A DNA stretch of 64,000 nt from Mizuhopecten yessoensis. Its lineage: Eukaryota. Where the stretch lies: positions 1,321,971 to 1,385,970 of the forward strand of contig NW_018408629.1 of NCBI RefSeq assembly GCF_002113885.1, read 5' to 3'. The notes under the pieces are model-generated. The model saw only the letters and a program-made list of their open reading frames with translations. It was not told where the DNA came from and searched no databases. The position numbers and the translations under genes are program-made. Numbering within the stretch: position 1 is the stretch's first letter; each line of letters begins with the position of its first letter. Positions 29,002-42,322 of this stretch are shown here, in pieces.

Positions 29002-29353
29002 GATAATAATAATAATTTGAGGATTTTATATACCGTTTTATCACAACCTAGTTCATAGGTCGTCTCAAAGTGGTTCACAAATTATTATCCGTGGTTATAG
29101 GGCGTTTGCAACCAGCCAATATCTTTCTCAACTCCCTTGGGAGCATACAGCCGGAGCTGCCGTTTCGGCGCTCACAGATAGCATTCACCAATTCTAGCAC
29201 TGCCCAACCACGTACTCATTAACAGCTGACTAGACTGGAACAAGCGGAGTAAAGTATCTTGCTGAAGGATACAACACAGTGCCGTGACGTGACTCGAATC
29301 CGCAACCATTCAGCTACGAGCCCGGGGTCCTAACACTTGACAAACGTGCCTCC
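29002..29353 (-). mobile_element. Full-length CORE-type SINE with L2-like 3' tail
   Basis: Minus strand: tRNA-like head (ggaggcacg..ggattcgagtc), CORE-like gttgtatccttcagcaagatactttact, tail ctttgagacg..cggtatataa..(tta)n. Second copy at 3644. Confidence 0.8.
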
Positions 29354-32300
29354 TATAAAACTGTTATACAGTTCAAGATGTACGTGATAAACTTCAAAAC
29401 AGCTTATAATTGTTTTGCTTTATATGAAGATGTATGAACACATCAGCTTAACTAAGTTCATAAGAAGAAAGTGTGATGAAGCTAAAAAGAGGACCATGTT
29501 TAAGTAATATTACCATTAAATGTTATAGTCAGGGCATGGAGCATGATACCATTCCAGGTCACAATATTCTGATAAAGTGCCTTTTGACGTGTTTTTTGTA
29601 GAAACCATCTAAATATGTAGGCGAGAGCAGAAAAACACAAACGTCCCAAATGTTCAAATCCTTTTCCTTCTTATCCTATAATTTGCTGCGTTATATTTCA
29701 GAGATATATCGTGCAAAAGTGCAAACATCTGAAACCTTTACGATCGATATCCTTTTATGGTAATAATCCATGCATTATACACGAATATGATATATATGTA
29801 TGCTTTTCCAATTTCCTGAATAGTGCGGGTAAGACTTAATCCGGAAGAACTGGTCCATAGGATATGTACTTTTATGATAATGGCCCTTGTAAGTAGGCTA
29901 GGGCGTAAATCCATTGATTATAGTAAACCCACTTCCTTTACTATACGGCTATATACTGTTATTGATTTAGTCCCAAACGATAGTTGACAATGTCAAGAAG
30001 GATTTGTGATAGTGAGGGGGCATCGATAAGAAATGGAAAAGAATTGCGTTTTCTACTAGAGGCCTATTTGACCATATATCAAAAATACATTGCACCATAG
30101 CGTCCAAATACAACAAAAAGCAAACATCAAAGTCGAAACTAAAAACACCCCGAAGAGATCTGATTGGGACATTATATGTATCGAAAATTTGTATATTGAC
30201 GATACTTGCCATGTTAAAACAGGTCAACTCTTAGCTACGTCGCGTTTATCAAATGCGAACCGGGTTATGACAACGACACCAACAGGGATACTTATGAAAA
30301 TAATTATAAAAGTGCCGATGTTCATCTAGCCTGCGTGAGTAGAAAACTCGAATACTTTCAATGAGATCATCATTGCTACGTGACCATACAGGAGGAGTTG
30401 TAAGGATATCGTTATATTTGGGGTAAGACCGTGAAACAATTAATATATGCCAACACTGTAGTTAGAGAAACCATCGTCTCGCTTATCATACAGCTTAGCA
30501 GTAAATATTTCATTAGGAAAGCAGATGTTGACGATTATCATTACATTATTGAGCGTAGATTGATTTATCTCCGTTGGAAAACCATGACTTAGCGGTGAAT
30601 TATTCACAAGATGCATCTTTCACATTTTTCCTCTCTTGTTTGATAATGACAGCATGAACTAGAATAGCTTATTCAAACATACTGTAAACACATAGATTAA
30701 CCACCTAATAATAAAGTAACACCAGAAATATGTATGATGATGTTGGCTGGCGATGCTTAACGAATTTGTCGTAAATGTGGTACATGTACAAACCACATCA
30801 TTATCACACAATCTGGAAAGAACGACAGCTACGCTTTATTAAATAACATCAACTAGGAACGAGGAAGCGTACATGTATCGATACTTCACTGTATAGTTCC
30901 CTTTCATTTAAGCTGAGTTATATATCCATCCTATCTAATGGCAGTACAATCGTTATGAACGCGGAATAGAACGAGTAACGTTATTTTATAATTGTATACA
31001 ACAGCAGTTTAAACACGTGATTACAATAACCTACGGAACCCTTAACCTTTAGAAAGTTTGTGTTTTCAAATAAAACTATGCTCAGGTTTGTTTGTCCAAG
31101 CTCGGACCAACGGAAACACGTGTTGAAGTGAGCTAGATTAATATACACATTGGTATATTGTAAACATACCATTCATCGATTAATAAAATGTCATTCGAAC
31201 TGTTGGAAGCTACACTGTGGACAAAGTTCGTTTATACCGTTGACTGTGTTCATTTGTAACAAACACAAAAATATAATGGAAAAAGAAATTACCATAGCAT
31301 TTATTGTAACATTTAAATGAACAATAAATACAGACCGGGTACACCTTTATTCTTAAAATCAAATTAAATAGAAATAAGTTTCTATCACAGCAAGACAAAG
31401 GACACAATTTAACCATTCATCATACTAATTTCCTCCATACAAAATAACAGAAGCACCAAGCCATGCTTTTTATGGATGCCTCATTAAGAGATAAAGTCCT
31501 TGGCCGTTTATGGTAGCATGGTATGTGCTCAAGATGAAAGATGCATTGACTATCCAGCCTAATTGGTTCAATCTTGCTTGATGTAATTGCTTGATTAAAA
31601 GGCTGATTTTCTTGTAATAGCACGGCGGAGCAAGCTTCCTGTTATCAATCATTCTATAGTAACGTAACTAGAAGTGTTATACCTAAGTGGCCATATGTCA
31701 AGTAAATAGCCATTTCGTCATCAATCATGGCCCTTGCATAATGACAGGTGTTTTGATAACAACGTAAAACTATGAAAGACTATGATGCATTTATACCATA
31801 ATATGTGTTTTGATAGAAGAAAAAAGAAATGTTTTATTATATCATTATCCATCATGCCTCCTGCAATGACGTGTTATTCATAATATAAACCGTTGCTGCC
31901 TTAACTAATACTGAAATAGTAAATCTACTTTCACTCTGCTTCATCATTTTTCTCTAACTATCTTGGCACCCTGTCATACATCCTGAGATTCTGTGTTCAA
32001 GTAATAAAAAACAACAAAACATGCATTTTAATGCCAAATGAAATTTGAATTCTTGTCTTGATGCATGTTAACAGATTTGATCATTTTTAAAAATGCTTTT
32101 ATGCAAATTTGGTTCGGTTGTCTGCAAATGCTTTCAAACTGTCTTACTAATTTCCGTCAAAATTTAAGACATTACACTGTGATCCTTACTTATGTGTTTT
32201 GTGAGCAGCCATGATGTCTTTCCTTTTATTTTCGTGTCCTATCAATTACAATTATTATCTTTTTATATCTACTTGTGTTTTGAAATCTGAACTAATTTTT

Positions 32301-33254
32301 ATGTTTCTTTGATCCTGTAATATCCCCTGATATATACCAGGAGTACCCGTTGCGCCCCCTACTGGTCGCACATTACAAACACATCAACCCACCTTGTCTT
32401 ATTGATTTTCTGTGTTTTCGTCTTTGAAGTATCATACCGAAGCCAATGGATGCTGGATGATAATTATTTAATAACATATATGATATTAAATATGGATGAA
32501 TGTCTAGTTTCTGATGATACATTTGATTAGAGATTGGCTTCTGCAAATGTCTGTAATTTTAAGCATCATAGCTATGAGTTTCTGGTTGGTATTTATTGAT
32601 ATTGGAAAAATATATACTGACACTATGATATATTTGCTACATATAATGCTTCAAACTTCCGCCTCGATAGGTAGTCAGCTGTATCACTGCCGTGCAGTTT
32701 CTTTGTCCTTTCATATATAAAACCATACATAATCCAAAACTATGAATCTATTCAAACTTACTGATGATATCAATGCATTTTTTTACTACTTAAACATCAG
32801 CCTGACTTAATTTATTTTAACTGATTGCATTTATGGAAGAACAGAACTTTTTGTTGGTATGGTAGATATATCCACGGCATGTTCATTCTTTCCAGTAATG
32901 TAATTTAAACGAAAATGCGGGAGCCTATATTTGGATAAGTGTTAATATAATGAATTCATTACTGCAATAGGGTATCACGCCAATTGCTGCTATATCCTTT
33001 AAATGGATTGATGAAATCGAAAATACACCCGGATGGTCAGGAAACTACGTAGTCAATGTATCCTAATGGAGTGGGATTAATCTACACTTTAAGCGGTTCA
33101 TTGACGTCATCATGAATACCTTATTTTCAAATATAACACATTAATTGATTACTTCAAAAGTGGATTTGTTGCGTGTGGAATTGTTCGTTGTGTTCCTTTA
33201 AACTAGTCTCGGTGTGGACATTTTCTCTTTGACAATAGTGCTGAAATATATATA

Positions 33255-33381
33255 TTCTGTTTATATATAAATCTATATGATCTATTAATATATGTTCGCG
33301 TGTGGATATTTTCGCACAAATTTACTCACCGCCATAAACGCTAACATGTCCACACTGCTAAAATGTCCATTATATACAGTA
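33255..33381. mobile_element. Degenerate TACTGT...ACAGTA-type (Tc1/mariner-pogo-like) MITE
   Basis: ttttcgc repeats and 3' end aaaatgtccattatatacagta; related remnants at 37500-37690 and 39935-40007. Confidence 0.4.
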
Positions 33382-36300
33382 TATTGAAGCGAGATATCAA
33401 GACGGTACCACATTTGAGGAGAAGCTGTTAATCAACCTAGAGCGAACAGTTTCCTCTGCGGGATTGTCTTGGCATGTTTTTGGTTTTTTCAAGCTCTGGT
33501 ATGTGAATAATCTATTTCAATTTTAGATTGTAAGCATATCAATTATTGTCTGAAAACCCATTGATTTTTGCTGTTTCAGTTAATGACAGTAAATTGTAGA
33601 AGTGGGATTGTTCTGTGTTTCTCTATATGATGATGTTACCACTGCCTAATGTGTATTCATAGGGCAGATAAAATACGAAACCCGCTTTTAAATTAAATAA
33701 TCTGGCATGTTTGCCTTGAATGTTACCAGTAAACTGTAAACTGTTCTTGTAATGAAGGTATTTTGATATGGTTTCTAACACAATTTAAACCGTCGTTGCT
33801 TGGACGCAATACAGACCGAATGCATTTGGCTCTACATTACGACTACTTTGAGCGTACGTGATGGATTTCTGCATCACCAGTCGATTTGTTACGGATTACG
33901 ATTACACACAGAGAATGAACTCTATAGGCCCACTCCATCAATCTTAATTAAAAAACCCAGTTGATATATATCAAGCCCTGTTAATTTTGTTAGATTTTTT
34001 TTCAATCTAGTACAAGAACGATACATTCCTTTGATATACGTAAGTGGCAAAATTCTACAGTTTATAGTGTATCAAAATCAATAATTCATCTGTACAAAAA
34101 TAGAATGATAATGAAATACAAGGCATAACAGGAATGAATTAAGGGGCATAACATCAATTAAAATACTGTGATCATAACATAACTGCTTCCTTGTAAGTAA
34201 TTGCCTTTTAGCTTAAACAATATTTGAAATCAACAGGACGACCGGAAATGAAAAGTATACTGCGTCTGTGCGCACTCGGAAGTAAACATAACGTGACATG
34301 GGGGAAAAGAAACACTCCTTATAAACAAGATATCTATCAAATGATATATGTTTGACAGTTGAACACTTTTGACAAGCCTTTGTCGAAGTAACTACGAAAT
34401 ATATAACAGCTTCACGTAATGCTTTGACGTGCACATGTGAGTAAATATCCTGTAAACAACTCTCTCGTATTCTAACCAGGAAATGTGATTGGTTGAGGGA
34501 GGTATTTCCCGTTAGTATAAACCTTCTTTAGCTTAAGTTAAGACATTCCTTAACTTAAGCCATGCTTCCATATTGGATAAATACAGTTAAGGAAATTATC
34601 CTAGTTGGTCAGATAATTAGTGAAACCGGAGCTATCAATAATATACATGGGATTCAAATTGTTGTTAACAAATACAAAACTTAGTTGAAGAATACATCAA
34701 TACAAATCCTCCACACTTATTTTTACAATGGTTTATGCAAGCAGTCTAACATTCAGACAACCGGAATCGATTCCCGGCTGGAAGAAATCAAATACACATA
34801 TGTCTGGGATCAAGCTGAGGGTAGGTAGCCACCATTATAGGAATTGGCAACTAAATAACACATAACGAGCAAAAATGAAATAAAATATTTTTGACGCCAT
34901 TTATAAATATATTCATAATAACGAATAACTATTGTGAATAATATTTGTTGATGTGTGGCGTTATCCAACATTACAATAAAAGCAATAATTATACAGAAAA
35001 GCCGGGAAGGTTTAAATCATTCAACTTCATGTGAAAATAACATACCGAGGTTTTATTCCGTTAATATGATGTCGTCATAGCAACCGGTGTAATGATCTTA
35101 ACGTGAATGGCCCCTTCTCCTCCAACTACATTTTTAACATTATATATTCACTCCAATCACAAAACGCACATGATATGAGCCATACATACGTATTAACCAC
35201 CAAAGCACGTCTAGGCAATAGAGGAACATAATTCTTTTTACTGAAATACGTATTCGGACATGTACATGCAGTGTCAAAGATCGAAGTCAACGGTAAAAAT
35301 AAACACCACAATATATTTCTCAAATGTATTTATTTAAGCGCGGAATACAGTGGATTTCTGGAACGTAATTGTTGAACTGCAGAACTTGATTTGATGACAC
35401 ATTGTATATATATATATGAGCATTATGATGATTGTACAAATGGCGGTATTCCAAAGCCAATGACAAAGTATCAGCAAGCGGAAGCGACGTTGCAAAAATT
35501 GCCCTGGCTGTAGGTTAAGGTTATAATAAACGTGTTTGGGCCATTGTGTTCATATTATACTAGCCTAAATATTAACATCTCTGTGCGACAGAACATTGTG
35601 AGCTTCAACTATTTTACGCAAAAATAAAAATAAATTTGCAATGAATTTTTTGCATAAGAATGGTTTAACCAAAGCCAACTTGAAAACGTTGAATACATTA
35701 TGGCATAACGATGTTTAAAAGTTCAGTACGTGTAGATGCTAACACGTGAACAATAACATACAATGGACCATTCAAAAGGTTGAGCAAATACAGAAATATA
35801 TAAAGAGTGTTAATCAATGTATATTGAACAAACAGAAAGCATAGGGGGAAAATCATATCACACTGTACTTTAGATTAATCTACCAGAGACGTGTCATTTT
35901 TACTTCCGCTGAAAGAGAATCAAACAGAAAAACAAGTAGACGGCAGGCTTTCGTTTATTGATTTGTTAAAAATGACTCATTACCATGATCTGTTAACGAG
36001 CCGAGTACGGAATAGGTCTTATTGATTTTTCAAGTTAGTTTGAATTCACATCTTCCGGTTTATGGAAATGACGACAAAAGCACGTATTTAGAACATTCAA
36101 AAGGTTCTCTGTTTCATCTATAATACGTTTGCTATATTTGTCGAATGAAATTAAATGATCATGTTACATACGCTTCTCGAGCACAGAACAATGTGTTCAA
36201 CTTTTCCTTATCGCTTTATTTCAAATATGTTTCGAAATTTGTTAACCACTGTTTGTTAAAATTTCGCAATTAGTGTACTACAACAAACAATTATGTGCTC

Positions 36301-37499
36301 GTGATATTACGCTGAGGGAGTATATGTTTATTCCATACTTTACATATGTCCTATGTAGATATTACCAGATGGTGACCTATCTATTCATATATTCCTTCCG
36401 TAGAAGTACACACATTACTCTGAATGGGCTTTTTTTCATGTCAAAACTAGTATGAAGAAGTGTAGCTGTCTTGTATAGAAAAGTCTCTATGATACTTTGA
36501 GGTTTTATCATAGTCACATTTCTACCAAGATTACAAGGATCGACAGGTTATACTTGTAAATATTTCAGGAAGTGAAATAAAATTCAAAGACCTTGTGTGT
36601 TCAAGGGTTTGAATAGTAACTGCTTGTGATTTCAAAGGGAAGATTTAAAAAAAAAACTCAAGCGAAATTTTGATGTGGAACAGTCGGAGTCCATAGGGAG
36701 TTGCTGCTCAAATAAAAGTATTAAAACTTAATGAGCTGATCGCGTATGACAGCCTATCATAGCAAATACACAACATTTACAGCAACCTATCAGCTGACTT
36801 GATTTTAAACCAGTAGGTGTTTTTGGTTGAAAACACATTGCTGTTCGACCCTGAACAATGGTGACATAATAGTATGTACTGCATCACACACTATTCCATT
36901 TATGCAGAAAGCATCCTCGAGAAACAGCATCAACAATTTTGTAAACGTGCAACCTGTAATGCTTGTCAACTGTCACGCTGTGGTGGGGTAAACGAAGACT
37001 AAAATTAAATCGTCCACATATCTGATGATATTCGGAGTTTAATGATGTTTTGATAGAGGATTGCATCCGACAAAAATGTGAACTGGTGATTAGGTCACTC
37101 AAATGTTATTTTATAGAGCAATTCAACTGAAATATCACAAGTATAGGGTTCACTGATGACGCCCAACTCAGTATCAACAGTATGTCATTGGACTAGATAC
37201 GGTTTTGTGTCTAGCTAATGACATTAAAGCACAAACTTAAAGCTTGTTTTCAAATCTTTGTTATACAAGACTTCTAAAATGTTTAATTTGAAAGTTACGG
37301 TAGCGTATTGAGTCATTTCGTTGTAATGCATATTCCCCCCGAGCAGACGAAATCATTTAGCATTAATTCTCGTTGTTTCGTCTCAACAAACTTTAATCCT
37401 CGTTTTTATCAGATGGCATTTTTAAATGGTCATTGATTGATCACAATATATGATCCTAATAACTTTTGCAGATAAAAAAAAAACTAAGCGCGTTTTGTT

Positions 37500-37690
37500 T
37501 ACTGTGGACATGCTTATTTTGACACAGTCAAATTTTAGCGCATTATCGTATTGATGAATTTGCGCACCATCGATATGGTATGATGCACTAGAAACTATAT
37601 ATAGACACTGTATTTAGCGCTATCATTGTTTAGCGCAATATCGCAAACGTTATATTAAGAATACCACTGAAATATGTGCATCTGTAGTGT
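37500..37690. mobile_element. Degenerate TACTGT-type MITE
   Basis: Starts tactgtggacatgcttatttt, has internal tttagcgc repeats, ends aaatatgtgcatctgtagtg. Confidence 0.45.
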
Positions 37691-39230
37691 AAACAGTAGA
37701 TTTATTTCATTAACATGAGATTATTTGAAAACCTTAACAGAACAAAAAACTCTTCATGTGAGTTCACACAAAAGAAAAAAGAAACAGAGGGGTTACCAAT
37801 GCATAAGGAAATAGCGATTACCCACATCGTATCATCGAAGGCAAAACCAGGCACTTTGGAAGACAAATGGGTTTAAATTATGTTATAAAATGTGCAGATA
37901 GGCAATGTAAATATTTGTCAACTGCTTAGGTAATACTGCCTATTAGTCATCTGTCTGTCTGACCAATGTCAGATATTGACAAGCATATGTCAGTGGCTGT
38001 TATATCTCAGCGACGTTTCGTTGTCCATGCTGAAGCAATCGATTTCACGCACGCGACACATATATCAGGCCGTTTATCAGTGGAGCTAATGGATAAATAC
38101 GTCACTGGACTACCAACAAGTGAAGATTGCTTCAGACACCGGTAGCAGTTGTGAACAGTGAAAAATAACACCATCTGAGTAACATGTATCAAAGCTTTAC
38201 ACACAATCAATGTTTCCAAACCAATTGATCCCTTTATCAAATTATGACTGAAAGGAACCAGTCGGTCTTGAAACGTTGTGACACAATTTGGTTCGTGCAT
38301 ATACATTGTTTGTTGTGTTACGTAAACCTTTGATACACAATCATTCATAACTGGTGAACCCGTTAAAGTTCTTCCAGTCATAATCTCATCTTACAGAATG
38401 TACCGTAGAGTTTAGACCTTAAGTGTTATCAACATTCTGGACTTCAATAAGATGGTATTTTCAAATATTTCAATAATTCAATAAGGTTATGTAATGTTAA
38501 GTCTTCACTGCCAAAAAAGAGTTATTTTAGCAATTGTACAATATCATTGAAAACATTAAGGGTTATTAATCAAATTCTGCCACCATGGCAATTATTGTCA
38601 TACCCTCTATATAGTTGTATGCATGTTATTTCAAACGTACCTTGCCGTCAAACTGTGTAATGTGATCAAGCGATGGCTTGAATCTAAACTAGTTTCTTTA
38701 ACAAACTTTGCTTAATTTCCTTATAAAACATCAAAATGCAATAAGAAAATTTTACTATCAATGTAAACCGAAGCGAATCCTAATGTGTGTCCTGATTTTT
38801 GTAACCGAAGAACGCGGGATCGATTTCTGTTTGTGATTTGGTTCCCCTGACTTACGTGTCATCAAATTGACCCAGACATTTGGCTCCAATTTCTTATTAG
38901 CAGACACATTTCGCAGAAGGGCGTTACTTAGTATTAGACCTCGAATAGCTCTCCTCTAATTTTAAATTTGCTGGGTTATCTCAGCGATTATACTGGTGAA
39001 AATTAAGTTTTACTGGCGGCTCAGAGTCCTTGAAGTCGAGCTATGTTTAACTGCTGGATTGTTCTGGTCTGGTACACATATGAGGGAGCTTTAAATAGTC
39101 AACCTTCTCAATCTGAAAAGGTCACTACAGCTGTATTGTGTAATGTAGTTCATTTTTGTCACTGTTATTACAACCAATCTTAAAAGTGCAATCTTTCGTT
39201 CATCTTTCTAAATAATAATGATATACAACA

Positions 39231-39410
39231 TTTAATAATGCGCCCTATCTAGCTAGAATAATCCGCTCTAAAGCGCTTTACAGTACATAGATATACAGAT
39301 TAATTAGCATATACATTAATCAATACAATTTTTGAGGAATTCGAAGGAGCTTCCTTATCAGGCGCTTACTACTAGTCCTATGCCCTCCCTATATGAGCAT
39401 GCCTGCGTGT
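39231..39410 (-). mobile_element. SINE/LINE L2-type 3' tail remnant
   Basis: tttaataatgcgccc...ctctaaagcgctttaca is the reverse of the L2-type tail tgtaaagcgctttagag...gcgc.ttattaaa. Confidence 0.45.
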
Positions 39411-40259
39411 TTGCTGGAGATGTATTATGATGGATAATTCTTCGAGACAAAGGAGCGATATTCTTTTCAAATTTATAATGAAATATCAGTTTCAAAGCGA
39501 ACATAGATAGAAATGCCAGCTTTACTTCGTGTTTCTAGGTTACTATTTTAGGTATAAAGATAGTTGATTCTGGTTGTGAACTACATACAACTGTCCTCGA
39601 GATCAGCTGTAACCTTTTACAAAGCAGGCGGAAATCATTCTTGCATGATTTACATAAATTCAGACGTATTTCGAGGGGGAAAATGAGATTTAAGCAGTAA
39701 TTTAGACCAAATTTTTAATTTCCAACGTTTTGGTCGCGATGGACGAAACAGCTGTGTGGTGCTGTTAATTTATTTCGTCAAATCTTAATGTGCAATCACT
39801 GGCAGGTGGCAAACTTTGCTGGTGACAACAACTATCTCATTTGAGTAATGAGTGCTAATAAATCCAAACAGTGAAAATAAGAACACAATATAATATACAT
39901 ACCAATACATGTAACATGTCACGGGCAAAATTAACACTGTGCGAAATCGAAATTTCTGCCAGTGAAGGGCGAAATTTGGCTGGGCGAAAGTTTACCGACA
40001 TACAGTATACGCACTTAACTAAAAATTAACCAGTAATACTTTAATTTTGAAATTCATATAATGAGGGGGATTTAAGCAACTCCCCATTTTAGACCAATTT
40101 TGATTTTTGGCCCAAAGCACCACTAACGAGTCAGAACGAAACAGACGTACGGTACAGTGTAATTCTTTTTGTCATACTTTTAACAAGTTTTACCAAATGT
40201 ATACGTGTAATCACATATGCGAGTCTTACGTTCTGTAAATAAAATATGCATCTATTTAC

Positions 40260-40494
40260 CCGTGTGGCGATGATATCCATTTGTCCCCGAGTGATCTGAT
40301 CTAAATCCGTTACACTCCGATAAATATTCCTGTTTCGCCTTCTGAATAACGTCCTGCACAAATTCATCTATTAACTCAGAATTATCGCTATCCACACTAG
40401 AACTTTTATTCCAGGACATCTTCAATTTGATTTTTCGTCCAGGACCTTTTCTAAATGCAGATTTGGACGGTTCTATCCCAACGGCGTCCTCCAT
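40260..40494 (-). CDS. First coding exon of host gene (exon 40260-40503, ATG at 40494); encodes candidate AKAP-type amphipathic helix
   Basis: Acceptor tgttctttctattttAG at 40504-40505, acaATGG Kozak-like start, 78 open codons, donor G|GTAAAT (phase 1). Confidence 0.75.
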
Positions 40495-42019
40495 TGTCGT
40501 ATCCTAAAATAGAAAGAACAATTAAAAAAAACATCTCACAGAGACTATGCTATGGTTAAATCACGTGATTAAATTTCGAATACAAACCAAACTTGCTCGA
40601 AGACTTGGTTGATTAATAATTTAAGTGATGATATAATGCTGATCCCTAAATACCCTTTCAGTAGCAGTGTTTGACCAGAAGATCGGGATCGAGGCTGACC
40701 TCTGGAGAGTAGGCACGTGCACTTTAAAGGGTCTACATGTGCCAGGTAGAAAATAACAAGCTGATATAGCTAGTTTACAGTTTATCTTCGTAAAACAAAT
40801 TAGATTTACATATTTATTCACAGAAAATTGATGACATTTAGTACACAAAGATCAAAAACTCTTATAGCTAATGTCATATATTACCCGCTAAGGATATTTG
40901 ACGAAAAGAAAATTCTCAAGACGTTATTTTGGTCACGCGTTTCCTAAGCACAACGCACCATTTCAACAAGTACGCTCCAAATTTGATATAGATGTAGTTA
41001 CAACTGGTTGTTTCTGCTCTAATAAAGCAACACATGTACACTGTCCTTTTTTACGAAGGGAGAGGTGGCAGAATGTATGGTTTGGGACATATATGCACTA
41101 TTACGCAATAATCAAACGAAATAACGACTTAAGTGTTATCCCAATTTCAATGTATGTTTTGAAGAGGCATCGACGAGGAATCTATTGACGCAATAAATGT
41201 AGATAATATTTCATTTTATATAACAAATTACCTGTCAATTGCAGTTATATAGCTTCCCTAGCAATTGACGATATTGGAATAGGTACAGACTGCAATAGGT
41301 ATGCATGTCGATCATTCTTATTGTATAACGTGAACGAAGAGTGTAGGGTTTATCCATAGCTATACGTATCATCCTTGTAAAATACCAGCCGCCGCTTCCT
41401 ACCAGCTCGTCTCGGGAGAAGTTCTCTTTAGCTCATTAGGTAAAGCATAAGACTGATAAACCAGTGGTCCTTGGATTTTCGAAATCATGGGATGCATACA
41501 TGCAAAATCCGCGACTCATGTTTTGAACATTCTTGTGATTTTTCTTCGACAACTTGTGATATATATTCGAAAACTTGTGATTTTTTTTTAATGTGCAAGA
41601 TGTCTATTCGAAACAGAATTATTTATATACTAAATAAATCTTGGAATTTCTTTAAAAATCAAAATCATGTTATTCAAAATCGAAATCGTGTGATTTGCGT
41701 TCAATATACATTTTGCACCACAAGTAATCTGACATAATCTACATTCTTTATAACGATATTTCCGTTGGCTGCAGACTTCTTGCTTTATCAATACCACGAT
41801 AGGGATCTTGAGACGGAGAAACTCAATTTGGACTGAAAAGGGAATGACGAATAGAGATACTCAATTATGACGGCAAGAGGCGTTCGCTGCTACTTTACCT
41901 CAACAATTTCTGCAGTCATTGGGAGAGAAACAATAATAATATCAATCCAATTAATCATGGTCTATTTATTATCAATAAGATCTAGCTTTCGAGTCATTTT
42001 GTATAGGCTTTTCGTTCCC

Positions 42020-42322
42020 GTCTGTATGTTTGGGTCCTTGTATGTTGCCTTACCTTTCTTTCCTGTCTCTATTTTTGGTTTGCATGTAGATATTGTTCCT
42101 GACTGTAAGTTTAGTTCCTTGTGTGTTGACATTTCACACCTATTAGTATAAGTTCGGGTGCGTTGACCTTTCCTTTATGCATGTAATTGCGGGTCCTTGT
42201 GCGTTGACATTTCTTATTTGCCTGTAAGTACAAGTCCTTGTGCGGTGGTCTTTTAGTTTTGCTTGTAAGTACAAGTCCTTGTGCGATGGTCTTTCATTTT
42301 TGCCTGTACGTTCGGGTCTTTG
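42020..42322. repeat. ~42-bp tandem minisatellite, about 7 diverged copies
   Basis: Recurring tgtaagt(tcggg/acaag)tccttgtgcgttgac..ttt. Confidence 0.85.

Noticed and set aside
32000-32900. Possible ancient endonuclease/LINE coding relic on the minus strand
   Set aside because: Composition is suggestive, but no diagnostic motif could be read with confidence.
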